The notes beneath the pieces were generated by a model that was not told the DNA's origin, searched no databases, and worked only from the letters and a program-made list of their open reading frames with translations. Of a stretch of DNA of 64,000 bases, positions 37,501 to 52,253 are shown piece by piece. The position numbers and the translations under genes were made by a program. The stretch is taken from positions 9,734,001-9,798,000 of the forward strand of contig NC_043018.1 in the NCBI RefSeq assembly GCF_006345805.1. The letters are read 5' to 3'. Each line of letters begins with the position of its first letter. Positions within the stretch are counted from its first letter, which is position 1. This DNA comes from Octopus sinensis. Its lineage: Eukaryota.

Positions 37501-40500
37501 CAATATAATTGTAATCTACACTATTTGAAAGGGATTTGTAGAAAATTTCATCAGAAAGTAACTACGTTTCTGAAAGGCATGAGGAAACAAAGTTCATGAT
37601 GGTGGCGATGAAGGCACACTTGTGTGTCGGCATGCTTATTCGGTTCTCGTAAAACATGGCTGATGCAAGAAACTTGCCGGACATCTCTTCGTCGCCGTCG
37701 TCTATAACTTGAATCGTTGAAGCTCTGACCTCTTGATTGATAAGTTTTCATTTATGTTCAGCTGACGATGTTTTCCTTTAGGCTTGAGAAAACTGCAAAA
37801 ATTTAATGTTCAGCGGATAAAGACGTTTCTATTTTTAACGAACCCCCGCCTCCCACAAAAACAAAAATCCTTGTTGAGAACTGATAATATCAGATGATAG
37901 ATGAATCATTTGAAGCCTTCCAACACAAAGCAGACATTCCCGTTGGTTTTCATCTCATTTCTTTCTCTCTCTCGTTGCGAATTAAACTGTTGGTTGACCG
38001 CCTCCTGCCTGTCATTGATTGTATACTAATTTAACCGACATCTATATTTAGTACACCAAAAGCTTGTTTGACTCCCTAACGTCTTTAAATATCCCACATC
38101 GGTTGAAAGAAAGCTGACTTCAAGTTACCGTCAACCTATATAAAAAGAAAAAAATATAAATCAAGTGGGTTTTTTTTGTTATTATTTATATATTATTAAT
38201 CAATTTAAACGTCCGTGTAAAAGCTGGGACGCCATGACAGATAGCGGAAGGTATAAAACAACTCTGGTACAAAAGAATAAACTAAAAATATAAAAAATCA
38301 GAAAGAACAACAACAAAGAGTTGGGGAGAGAAAGAGAGTAAGACAAACGAACAGTTAAATGTTTCTGTTGTAAATTGTTTTTGTAGCTTTCTTGAATTAG
38401 ATGTTATTTATGGTCGGTTGTTCTTTGAACAAAAAAAGTTGGTTGAGATAATATTTAAGGGAAGATGATTCTCTTTGATACCAACTTATTCAAACTACTT
38501 TGTTTCTTATGTAAAAAAAAAAGTGGGGAAGCTTTAGAAATAAATGGAGTGGTTTGTCTATGTATTTTATATATTTATATATTTTTTGTTTGATGTTTAC
38601 GTCGAAAGGGGAGAGCGGTTGAGTTGGTAGCCAGCAAATAGTAACTCCGCGGGGGTCTTTTCGAGGTCACCTAAAATTAAAAGGGGCCTGGATTTGTATG
38701 AGTGACAAGAGGTCAACAGTTTAATGTTAGTAAGTACTTATAGCTGGTAACAGTCGCTTCTAAAACGCGGTTTTTTTATTTTGTAAGGATGTTACTAAGT
38801 AGCGTTAAGTAGGTGAGACAAAACCCCTCCTGGCTAGAACACTAGTCTCTTGAAAGTTAACTGACGTTTGTAATTATTTCCTGGATAGATGATAAATTCA
38901 ACTTGCATGTTTTTTTTTAGAGATAATTACTGGAATGAGAGAAATTTTGATTGGGTGTGTATTTCTTTTACCCACAAGGGGCTAAACACAGAGAGGACAA
39001 ACAAGGACAGACAAACGGATTAAGTCGATTACATCGACCCCAGTGCGTAACTGGTACTTAATTTATCGACCCCGAAAGGATGAAAGGCAAAGTCGACATC
39101 GACGGAATTTGAACTCAGAACGTAACGGCAGACGAAATACGGCTACGCATTTCGTCCGGCATGCTAACGTTTCTGCCAGCTCGGTCGTCTCTTTCACATT
39201 CAAATTATAATACTAAGTCTATACGTTAATCACCCCTCCAACATGGCTACATTATATACATCACACCTCCAGTACAGTTACACTGTTGTGTCTCTTTCAG
39301 CTTGAGTACATAATGACCCCTCCAACATGGCCGTATATTTTACACTCTCACCCAGTTGTATTCATCAATGGATTTAAATGCAAGGGATACATACTGGAGC
39401 TTCTATGCCGCTCGTTTCCCTTTAGTCCCGTTTCAAGATGGCACCTTCTGCCAGATCCAATCACCCTCTAAATATCCTTTCTCTGCATAAAAAGCCGAGC
39501 AATGGCACAGGAGTTATTTCCCCTAGCTTCTATGTTTTTTTTTTTCTTTTTTCGGCGCAACACTCTTCCCTCATTATGGCTCTATATTCAACAAGGCATT
39601 ACTGTCTGAAAGGCATGGAAGCACAGGTCTAAGGAACCAGTTCTGATCTATGAGGTTGATGTAACCGACTTAATCCGTTTGTCTGTCCTTGTTTGTCCTC
39701 TCTGTGTTTAGCCCCTTGTGGGTAGTAAAGAAATATGTATTTCGTCTGCCGTTACGTTCTGAGTTCAAATTCTGCCGAGGTCGAATTTGCCTTTCATCCT
39801 TTCGGGGTCGATCAAATAAGTACCAGTTGCGCACTAGGGGGGGGGTCGATGTAATCGACTTAATCCCTTTCTCTGACCTTGTTTGTCCCCCTCTTTGTTT
39901 AGCCTCCTGTGGGCAAATAGATAACTATTACAAAGACAGACCCGAACGAATCTCAGTCAATTCACCCTGCCAACATGGCTGTATATGTCACAGACACCCC
40001 TCCAACATGGTTCAGTCCATAAACATCAAGAAATATCTCCATTAGTGTAAACTACAAACTGTTTTCACAAACTGTGTCTGTTCGTCTTCCTATGAGCGTT
40101 TCAACCAGAGCAGCAACTACTGTAAGTAATGACAGCTGTCACAACGTGTTGCCTTGGTTTTTGACACCAATGTTGCTGTCCACCTTTTATATGTTTGAAG
40201 TGAACAGAGGACAGTTGTGTGTGTGTGTTATAGCATACTAGAAGCAGACAGACGTGAATATCGTTGGATATCTGAAGGAGACAAGGGACAGTCGTGTGCG
40301 TTGTGAGATGGCTGAAGTAGATAGGAAACGAATAAGTTTGTCGATTCTCTTTGTAAAATGGACCACCGTTCGGGTTCTATCCTCTGGCGCAGCATGGTGG
40401 GTTCACCTGCCGCACAACACGGCCATTATATATATATATATGTGTGTGTGTCTGTCTTTGCTAAAGTCGAAATTATGTTACGTTTAATCTTTCGCCTGTC

Positions 40501-43500
40501 CAAAGCATTTCCACAAGTTTGTCCTTGATCGTTCATGCTTGTTTTCATACTTTTTGCTAATCCTTGTTTCACACGTTGTCAGCGCGCATTTTTTTCGTCA
40601 TATTCCTTTAATATACGATGCCTTACACCTGTTACACATATTCGTTTCCATTTTTCCCACCGGGTGCGGATCTAGATATTAACCGATCCGCTTTCTTTCC
40701 ATAAGTCCTTAGTTACTCCGGTGACTGGAGGAATTCAGGATGTGTGTCATATGATGTATGGACGCCAAGGAAATTCGTCCTGTGCATCACGTGATTGCTA
40801 TATTGGCCAAGCTAAGGGTTAAAGAAGAGAAAGGCTCAAACTCACGCTATGCCTGGGTTCTTTATAATTACGTCTACCCATCTACATTAATAGCGTTGAG
40901 AGACCTCATAAGTTCAATACACAATTTCTTGTTTCCTTGTCATTTATATAATCCTTATACACACACACACACACAGAAGAAGTGACTGATAGACCGCGTA
41001 TGTACGTTTCTTCCTTATGAGTCACGATCCAAGTTGAGTCGCGAATACAAATCGTTTACTGTTGAAATATTTCGTAAAATGTAAATAATGTTCCTGAATG
41101 TTTCCCAATGAGTCATATAAGGCATGAAGACTAACACATCGTGTTTATGACAAACAGAAAAAGAAAAAGAATAATATTTATCCAAGATAAGAAAACTATC
41201 AACTAGTTGGGGGTGGGGTGGGGTTTAGTGTTGTATGGGGGTATTTAAGCGTAAAAGAGAGGGCACCCTTTTATTATTATTATTATTATGTAAGCCCTTG
41301 TGGCCAAAAGAAAAATTATAAGGGGTCGATAAAATAAGTTCCAGTCAAGTACTGGGGCGATATAATAGACTTACCCCTCCCCTCAAAAGTGCTGGTCGTG
41401 TGACAAAATTTAAATTATTATTCAAATAAAAGAAATAATTGTTATTATCGTGTAGATATGTAATTATTAAATATCTAATTATGTAAATATATAAATTCTT
41501 ATCTAAATATGAAAATAAAGGGGTCGTTTGAAAGCTTAACAATTTACCAAAATGGCTGGCAAAGGTAAATAGTTAAGGAACTGCTAGACTAGTAAGTAAT
41601 GGTCAGAAGAACGGTGGCTTACCTCTGATTGAATATCTGTGGTGGCTGGAGTAGACTGCTGTGTCTGGTTGTTACGAAGAGAAACAACAACAGTTGACAA
41701 GTTTGTACTAATTTCTTCTTGGCCAATATCAGAAGTCTTCAGTCGCTTGTGTTTGTTTAACATGTATAGAAGCAGTTGTAGAAAATTAAGCATGTTTTTA
41801 CTCCGAATTTCAGTCGAGTTTGCTTTGTTTGTTTTTCTCTCTCTCTGTAACTAGTCCAACTGTATTTACGTAATGAGTTACACTGTCGATTTAACGACGA
41901 GGCTGAGATAAACTGAAGATAAATTAAACCGACTGACTTCTCACCATTCATTAATTTACCATTGTACTCAACAGAAGGGTCAACTTCTGGATGACTTCAT
42001 TTAGAAGGTCGTTTAGAGAAACTTCCAACTTTTTTTTTCTTTTTGAGTATTTTTCAATGTTTATGGTATTAATATAATCCCTTTTCCTCTTTGCTGATGA
42101 TACAATAATTATCACCAAGGCATATTAAATAAGGATTATCATAATTTATTCAGCAGATGTGTGTGAGCTGTTCAACTTTATTATTAAGGTGCAGTCTTCC
42201 AATCTGTGCTAAATTTTTGTCAAACGAAAACTGTTCGTCGTCTGGAGTGAAAGAAAGGAAATTTAATTCAGCTGAATTACAAAGTTCTTTTTAACTATTG
42301 TCTGTGAAAGGCTAAACTTTAATTCCTCTTTCACTGTTTTGTTTAAAACAACCATTTTACGGATGGCTGCCACGTTTCACACACTTCTCGCCTGTTGCAG
42401 AGCAGATAATTAGCAATTTCGACGGAAATACTTAACTGTTTGCTATTGTTTAATAAACAAAAGGTGACCACTATCTCATTGGCCGTAAAAGTTATTAAAA
42501 CCACTTTTTTATTATTATTATTTATTTTTTGTATACGTACATGTGTGTTTGTAAGTCTTTCTTGGACACCTGAATATCTCTCAAACCTGTCATGACGTCC
42601 TCACTCTCTCTGAGATAAAATTCCTGGATTCGTCTTCATTTAAACCCTATCTTCTCCATTTCCTTAAGAACATGCCTCTTTGTTTGTGTCGCTTTCAATC
42701 AAAACGGATGTTACCATCATTTATCGAACTCCTTTGGATATTATAACAAACAATTCTACATGAGGAATTATTCTCCCATGGGTCTATCTTTACCACTTTG
42801 TGTCTCCATCCAGGCCTCCAATGAAGCCGAGACGAGGACGAAGAAATTCGATGATCTTTATGAAGATCTCGAAGACTTTTACAATATTGTCGAAGACCTT
42901 GACCAATGGATGGACACAGCTGTTGAGAAGGGACACGGTATTAAGGTCTCCCAGCAAGATCTCGAAGTCCAATACGGGATGCTCAAGGTAAACCCTTTTT
43001 ATGTTTTTAATCATTTGTAAATCAATGTTTTTTTTTCTTCCAGAATTTAAATGTAATTTATTTTTTGATTAATTTAAAAAAAAATTGTTTTAAATTGATT
43101 GCTAAAGAATTTTTTGTTTTTGCGAATTGTTGAAATACTTGTAGATAAACGTAAGCTTTCTCTTTAATAGGCCACAGTATTTTAAACTGTGATCGTCTTT
43201 TAAAAGTCTGTAAATAAATAGTTGTGTGACTAAATTCATCACGCGAAATGAGTGGCTTCCAATTGGACCCCTCCTTTCACCGAATGACGTTTAACAAACA
43301 CCCACTCCTCGTGTTTTGGGGTGAGGAAGCAGGTCGTTTTAGGTCAAACAAAAAGTTAGTTTTACGCAGTGAATTATCAATATTTTCGCATACCATTTCG
43401 TTCAGCACGCGCGTCTTTTTAGATATGTGCGAAGACTAATTTTCCCTTATGGTAAAATTTTATAGTAATTACTAACGGCGACGGGAGTTTATATTAATGA

Positions 43501-44129
43501 AATTACAGAGCGCCTTGACCAATCACCAGTCACGTTTTCTGACCATTTACATATTAGGCAATCCCGACAAAGATGTTTTTGTTTGTTTTTCCTTTTGGAT
43601 CTGGAGGAAGAGGCAGAGCCCATGACTTTAGTAGGCTCCCTTCTGGGACTGGTAATATTGATGCCATTCATTTTCGATTCAAATAGTTGTAGGTCAACAT
43701 TTGCTGGAAATGCATGAGCAGGGAGGAGATTCCAGTGGTGTGGAAGGACTGATTAATGGTTTGAGCAGGACCAGGGTGGTTGGACACAGCAAGGGTGACA
43801 GAGGTGGAGGGACAAGTAGGAGATAGGTCCAAAGACCAGAAACCATAACATATGTTGCTGTTTCATCTTGGGTCAGCTCTGAGCTACCAGACCTATGACC
43901 AAAGATATTGTTAAGCCCAAAGTCAGCGTTGGTCCAACAGACTTGTGGTCAAAGATATTCCAGCCATGACCATTCTCCCTGTTCTTATTCTGTCATGCAA
44001 GTTACACAACAACCTCACTAATGTTGGTGGTGGGAAAAATAAATTTACCCAATTACACTATTCCACTCCTTCTCTTTCTCCTCTCTCTCTCTCTCTCACT
44101 CTCTCCACCTGTTTCTGCCTCTCTGTCTC

Positions 44130-44173
<44 letters not shown>

Positions 44174-46769
44174 GAACAAATGCAATAGAGGGCATTAAAA
44201 CGTTTTGGCAGATAGACAACACAAAGGTGGACAAGAGAAACAACAATTAGAATATGTATGTATATGTCTGTGTTTGCCCCACCTACAATCACTTCACAAC
44301 TGATGTTGGTTTGTTTACGTCTCCGTAACTTAGCAGTTCGGCAAAAGAGACTGATAGAATAAATACTAGGCTTACAAAAGAATAAGTCCTGGGGTTGATT
44401 TGTTCGACTAAAGGCGGTGCTCCAGCATGGCTGCAAAGAATAAGGATTGAAACAAGCAGGAAAAACAATAAAAAAATTTTGTAGGCATGGCTCTGTGGTA
44501 AGGAGCTTGCTTCCCAACCACATGGTTCGGGGTTCAGTCACACTGCATGGTGGCACCTTGGTCAAGTCTCTTTTACTATTCCCTTGGGCCGACCAAAGCC
44601 TTGCAAGTGGATTTGGTAGGGGGAAACTGAAAGAAGCCCATTGTATATATATATCATCATCATCATCATCATCGTTTAACGTCCGTTCTCCATGCTAGCA
44701 TGGGTTGGACGGTTCGACCGGGGATCTGGGAAGCCAGAAGGCTGCACCAGGCTCCAGTCTGATCTGGCAGTGTTTCTACGGCTGGATGCCCTTCCTAACG
44801 CCAACCACTCCGTGAGTGGAGTGGGTGCTTTTTACGTGCCACCTGCACAGGTGCCAGGCGAGGCTGGCAACGGCCACGGTTGGATTGGTGTATTTTACGT
44901 GCCACCGGCACGGAAGCCAGTTGAGGCGGCGCTGGCATCGGCCACGAGTCGGATAGTGCTTTTTACGTACCACCAGACCAGGGATCCTGGCTGGTTCAAT
45001 TCGATTTCGATTGCCCCAACATGTCTTCGCAAGCAAAGGGGGTTGGCATGCCTGTCGTCGGATGAGGTCCTATATCGACTTCGCTTGCCTCAACAGGTCT
45101 TTGTGTCCAAGGGAGGAAAGGCATGCATAAATGGACTGGGCTCATATATATATATATGTATGTATGTGTGTGTGTGTATTCTTGTGTGTGTGTTTGTCCC
45201 ACACCACTGCTTGACAACCAGTGTTGGTGTGTTTACATCCCTGTAACTTTGTGGTTCAGCAAAATAGACCGATAGAATCAATGCCAGGCTTAACAAAATA
45301 AAAAGGGTCAATTCATTTGACTAAAGAAAAAATTGCTCAAGGCAGTGCTCCAGCATGGCCGCAGTCGAATGACTGAAATAAGTGAAAGATAAAAGGCTGG
45401 TGGCAGCAGTGGTAGTGATGTGGTTATATTTTTAATAAGAGGAGAGCCTGGCTCACTAATCAAATGAATGACCTTTGACAGCTTACTGACCTTTGACCTT
45501 ATTGAGAGAGAGAGAGAGAAAAGCAGAAACACAATTTCTTGTTAAGTATCCTTGCTGTTGTTGAGGCCCAGGTCATCCCTGAAACAGCAGCCAGACCCCA
45601 CATTCGAAGGTCATTCCAGACCTGATTTTACTAACATTTCTTCTGGATTAGTGCAGCTTAGCCTATATTATCCTATATGGCCTTTCGTAAGATGGTGGCG
45701 AGTGGTTTCAGGGAGATTCAGCTGTTATTTTTAGCAGGGTAAACGACCATGTAGAAGTTTCCTTGTTGTTGTTGTTGTTACTTAGCTCCGGATCATTCTG
45801 GATCAAGCCGACATACCATGAAATGCTATTCCAAGTATGATTAACCTTTCTTTTATTAAGGCATAATATATCTAAGAATACATTATCTGATGTGTTCTTT
45901 ATTCCTGTTGTTGAAACCCAAGACAGCTAGGGTGTGTGTGTTTATGTGTGTATTGTAAATAGACTATAGAAAGGTGTGGTGAGTATATATATATATATGT
46001 ATGTATATATATCTAGAGAGAGTTCAGGTAAAGTTGCGTCTGATGATGTAATATTATGTAATGGATACAAATGCCTTGATATAAACTGATGCCAGTTTGT
46101 TGCCTCTTCGTACTTTTATTTGGCCACATCTCTCGAGCTGAAACTAGTAAATAGGCGTAGGCAGGGCTGTGTGGGTGGTAAGAGGCTTGCTTCCCAACCA
46201 CATGGCTCCAGGTTCAATCCCACTGCATGGTACATTGGGCAAGTGTCTTCTCCTTTGGCCTAAGGTTGACCATGAATTTTGCAACATACATAGAAACAAA
46301 TGACTCAACCCCTCTCATAATTCCTTGTCAGTAAAGTGGTTGACATCTGGAAAGGCATCCACCTGTAAAATTCATGCCAAAACTAACCTCACCTGTGCTA
46401 GTGCCATGTAAAAAGTGCAGGGTCCACTCTGCAGAGTGGTTGGTGTTAGGAAGGGCATCCAACTGTAAAAATCCCTGCCAAAATAGACACCGTAACACAT
46501 TGAACTGTCCTACCCATGCATGGAAGATGGACATTAAACAATACTCTTTTTATTCTTTTACTTGTTTCAGTCATTTGACTGTGGCCATGCCGGAGCACCA
46601 CCTTTAGTCAAACAAATTGACCCCAGGACTTATTCTTTGTAAGCCTAGTACTTATTCTATCAGCCTCTTTGCCAAAGCGCTAAGTTACGGGGGACGTAAA
46701 CACACAGCAACATTGGTTGTCAAGCGATGTTGGGGGGGCAAACAGAGACACACAAGCACACACACACAC

Positions 46770-46856
<87 letters not shown>

Positions 46857-47031
46857 TACATATACATATATACGACGGGCTTCTTTCAGTTTCCGTCTAC
46901 CAAATCCACTCACAAGGCTTTGGTCGACCCGAGGCTATAGTAGAAGACACTTGGCCAAGGTGCCATGCAGTGGGACTGAATCCGGAACCATGTGGTTGTT
47001 AAGCAAGCTACTTACCACACAGCCAATGATG

Positions 47032-47070
<39 letters not shown>

Positions 47071-47657
47071 TCATCATTTAACATTTGTCTTCTCTGCTGG
47101 CATAGAGTGTATGGTTTTTGCAGGAGCTGGCTAATACCAAGCTCTGTTGTCTGTTTTGGCATAGCTTCTATTGTTGGATGCCCTTCCTTATGCCAACCAC
47201 TTTACAGTGTGTACCAGGTGCTTTTTGCATGGCACCAGCACTGGTGAGGTCACCAAGTGACTTGCAAGACCAACCCCTTCAACTGCGTGGTGGGAGGAGT
47301 GATATTGAAGGCCAGAAAAAGGAGTCTTACATTAGAGGGGAAAATATGGCTGCCTTAGATGGGGATGGTGTGGAGATGGAAGAGGGGGGTGATGGTGAGT
47401 GTGTGTTTGTTTGTTTGCTAGTGAAGGTGCGTAGCCTAGGGTGTTAGGCTGTTGCTCTGAATATCGTTAGAATGTGGGTTCGATCCCCAGGCCAGGTGGC
47501 ACATTGTTTTCTCATGCTAAACACTTCGTTTCATGTTGCTCCTGTTTTCCTTTTGATCAGGGAGGAATGTTGACTTGCTCATGTAGCCAGTGTGGTGACA
47601 TTGTTGTGACCAGCAATGTATAACAACATTCAATTGTCCAGTCGAATATATATATAT

Positions 47658-47723
<66 letters not shown>

Positions 47724-50700
47724 CAAGGAAAAATTATAAAAAGGCAGAATGCTAAATTGAAGGTAAATTTTAATGACAATGGGTGTATGGAAAATTTTAA
47801 GAAATAAAAAAAAATATATATATATATATTAATTCTAACCGGTTTTCTGCGCAATGCGGCAAAAAACAATGTAATTTTCTTTTTTCCCCCCCTCCTCAAT
47901 TATAAAAAAAATTTTCTTTTCACCTTACAATTCTTGAAAAGTCGCATTGCGACGAAAACCAGTTAGAATTAATATATAATATTTTTTAAAATTTTCCATA
48001 CACCCATTTTCATTAAAATTTACCTTCAATTTAGCATTCTGCCTTTTTATAATTTTTCCTCTCCTATCATTTCTCCACGTGCGGTCAACACAACCCCACC
48101 ATTTATTGATTTATATATATATAAATCAAATTTGGCCTGCTTGTCTAACTAGAAGGGTGGCATTATTTGAGTGCTAAAATGGTGTAAAGTGCATTGTGTC
48201 CAGTGATATATAACAAAATCTGATAGTCTGGTCAGTCATGTGATCATATGATATATTTGCTAAAATGGTAAAGATGAGGTAAATGCTTAAGAAAATTATT
48301 AATAAATCTTTTCAGATAATTTCAACATTTAACCTTATTTTATATGATCAGAGTAAAATAGTAACTAATCAGGTGTGAATGGTCACCCACCTGATGTATT
48401 CTCAGGTATGCATAGCCAGTCACCTGGTGCTACAAACTTTGCTGAATTTATCTTTTGTTGGTATTATGATTATTAAAGCTTTATATTTTATTTTACAGAA
48501 ATATGTCGAAGAGCTGAAAGCAAAAGAAGGTGATATTTCAGCTTTGGTTAAACTTGCTGACAAATTCCGTGATGACACCCAGGTAAGATATTGGTCAGAG
48601 CTAAACGTGTGCATGTGCGTGGGGTGGATTAGGGATAATTATGAATATGACTAATTAGTAAATGGTGGTCTCTTATTTAATGCATAGTGTTGTGTGAATT
48701 AGTGAATTTATTAATAAATACCGGCGTGTTAATTAGTAAACAATGATGCATTAATTAACATAGTGTTAATGAATCCCTTAGCATTCAGATTATCAAATGC
48801 AATGCTTATTTAATCACATTGCTTTGAGTTAATCCTGCATTATCTTATAACTTCAGGACTTCAGTGGTGTGTTTGTTTGTTTCTAGAGTGACATTGTAGG
48901 GTAGGTGTGAGAGGCTGGATCTGGTCGGTTTGAACATTAAACAGGGAGACAATTTTGGCTGGATACGACCAGATTAAATGCTAAAGGATTAATACATCTT
49001 AGTGTTATTTAGCCAGCAGAGGTCTCTTAAATGATACACAGCAATCTCTTAATTAATACATTGTAGTGTTTTAATTAATACACAGCAGTGTATTAATAAA
49101 TTAAACAATAGTGTGTTAATTGATATACAGTGGTGTATAATTAATATTGCAGTTGTGTGTTGATTAATAAACAAAGCTATGTTAATTAATACACAATATT
49201 ATACCTGGTACACAATATGTTGATTAATACATAGTTTATTAATTAGTAAACATCGATGTGTTAATTATTTCAGCTGTAATCTTTAACCCTTTAGTGTTCA
49301 GATTACTCTGTTAAATGTAATACTTTTTCACTCAAATTGTTTTGGATTAAACCTGGATTATCTTACAGCTTTGAGGTTTCAATGATGTGATTGTTTATTT
49401 TTAGAATGGCATTGTAGGTTAGGTGTGAGAAGCTAGATATCGCCAGTTTGAATATAAACCATGTAGAATATATTGGGCCAGATTTGGCCAGTTTAACCAT
49501 TAAAGGGTTAAGGTGTACTTACAATAATCTCAGTCTTTTAATTGATCCACTTTGTTAATCTAATCTGTTGTCGACAGAGAATCTGAAGGAGATAATAGGG
49601 GGTTAGGGTTTTGTTGTTATTCTTGTATTAGGGAGCAACTACATCTTGACAGGGTATCGATACAGCTACACTACAACTCGACAGTGTATAGTTCCGCAGT
49701 GTAACACCACACTTACACTACATTTGATAGTGTACCGACATTTCCCCATTACAGGTGACAGTGTAAACCTTATAGTTAGTGAAGGTGTGTGGCCTAGTAG
49801 TTACAATGTGGCCCTCATGATTACTAGATTGTGGTTTCAATCTTTGGACCAGGCGGTGCTTGTGTTCTTGAGCAAGACTCTTCATTTCATGTTGCTCCAT
49901 TCTAATCAGCTGTAAATGGGTAACCATGTGGCAGATAGAAATACGAAGGGGAGATGGTGACTCAAGAAGGACAGCCAAATGGAGGCCTCATGAGCCACAT
50001 TTTGTATTCGGTGATCAAAAGGATGAAATAGTACAACCTGTCCTCTGAATCCTGATTGGTGGTTGTTTGACCACATTGAAGGATGATGATGAAGTAACGC
50101 TTAACATTGCGCTACATAAGAGACCTGTTTTATATATGACTAGCGTTGCCGGGTCATAGTGCTAGTGCATGCATATACAGCTGCATGTGTGCACACATAC
50201 ACGTGAGTACTGTCCAAATCTCCGACCAATCACATACAGCTAGCTGGCATTCAATTGGCGTATCAAATTTCGGGCATTTTGATTGGGTTTTGGATAGAAA
50301 ATTCACCAAAAAGTCACTTCTATTGATTTTTTAATGGCTTTGCGGGGTGACTGGGGAAATGTAAAGATGTGCACGGCCACCCTTGGACGGGTTTGAATGA
50401 CCATAGAAAGTGCGAGCCCTCTAACTGAAAAATTGTGGATTTGTATAAAGGACACACACGCAGACATTTTGCCATTTATATATAGAGATTTGTGTATCAG
50501 ATTGTCTTTTATAATCTTAGAATAGCTGACATGGTTGCCGCCATTCTAGATTTTTGTTGTTGGTTGTTAATTAATTAAAGAATTTAATTAGAGCCTCCAA
50601 TTATAAACTTAATTGTGCAACACATTCTTTGAATATTTTCTCTATTTGTAGGAATTTATGAATGGAGTTGACCGGTACCGTAAATGTGTCCACATTCTTC

Positions 50701-52217
50701 CAACCATCAAAGAAGAAACAGAAGAATCGGCAATGATTGATGATGAAATCGAGGCCCTGGAGGGCAAATATCGATCGATTGTGCAAGAATCCGAACGTTA
50801 TTTGGCAAAGTTGGCCTTCGCCCTAAAACATGACAAAAGCTTCCAAGAACTTTCCAACAAACTCAATTCCAATTATTCTGATATAAAAGCCAAGTTTGAT
50901 GGAATCACAGATGGTTCTGATGCCACGAGGGATTCCAGTGAAGCGTACCAACTTGAAAAGGTGAAGCAGTTGAAAGTTAATGTTTTGAATCAAGAGAAGC
51001 GAATACGAGACTTACAGCATGTCGGTACTAAGTTGGTCGACGAACTGAATGAGCTGAACATGACACCAAAAGCCAACAGTGTGAAAGATGTGATGGAGGA
51101 TAAGAAAGCCGTTCACAAAGATCTTTACCATGCCATCGAGAATAAAGAAGGAGTCTTGAATTCAGTATTGTCTGAATCTAAGAATGTGATAAAGCAGCTA
51201 GATAATCTTGGAGTACAGTTGTCTTCAATTGAAGATGAACTCATGAGGAATTCAGAAATCTGTCTCGAGAAGCAAGGTTTGGAAGAACAGATCCACGAAC
51301 AGAGAAGGATTCAAGCGGATCTGAGCACCAACAAAACCTTATTAGAGAATCTGTTGAAGGAATCCTCAGATGTGAATGGTGCCAGAGAAAAAATCTTGGA
51401 CTTGAACGAACGTATTGCAAACGTAGAGACATTGTCAGAGAGACGGATTTCTGATCTGGAGGAGGTGATGGGTAACATCGAAGATTTGGAAGACAAAATC
51501 GGAGTGATGAAATCTTGGTTGACGTCTTCGATTGGCATGATTCAGCAGAATGGTGAAGGACCATCGCAGAACTTACATATGTTTAAATCGAAAATAGACG
51601 CTTTGTATGCTGAGAAGAAATCTAAAGAACCCGATATAAATGACATCAAGGACTTGGTAAAGCACATTGCTGGAAAGGAGAACGTGTCCAACGGATGCCA
51701 TTTGAAAGAAGCTGCTGCTGATGTGCAAGAAGAATGGCATCAACTGACAGAATTATTGGTCCAGAAAGTTTCAGTCGAGGTAATTTGCTTTCTCTTTTGT
51801 TTATTTTTGTACATTATGGCTGAGGAGTTAAGAAGCTTGCTTCCTAACCACATGGTATTGGGTTCAATCCCACTGTATGGTATCTTGGGTGAATGTCTTC
51901 TATGGTAGCTGCTCCGCACCAACCCAACCATAAATTCTTTGTGAGGGACTTTGGTTGACAGTAATTATATGGTGTGTGTGTGTGTGGGGTCATGTGGTTA
52001 GAATGCGAAAGGAAAGATTCACAAGACAGATTCTTGAAGCCAAGCCGACTGGCCAGAGACATGTTTAGATCAAGAATGAGATGGTTGGACAATGTCCATA
52101 GACTCAGTTGGTCACACTTGGGAATCCGTTAGATGATGGTGGCTTCTGATAGGATCCTATGCAAGAGGTTCCTGAAGACTCTACCTCCATGACCCTTTCA
52201 AGAATAGTGAATGGAAA

Positions 52218-52253
<36 letters not shown>

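Noticed and set aside
44692-45246. 184-aa ORF and similar ORFs at 8285, 11488, 20105 and 46717
   Set aside because: They lie within multi-copy SINEs, and the frames are not preserved between copies.
51241-51564. Antisense ORFs over coding exons (also 18476-18700, 19276-19476, 7046-7684)
   Set aside because: Shadow ORFs of sense coding or LINE sequence, with no recognisable motifs.
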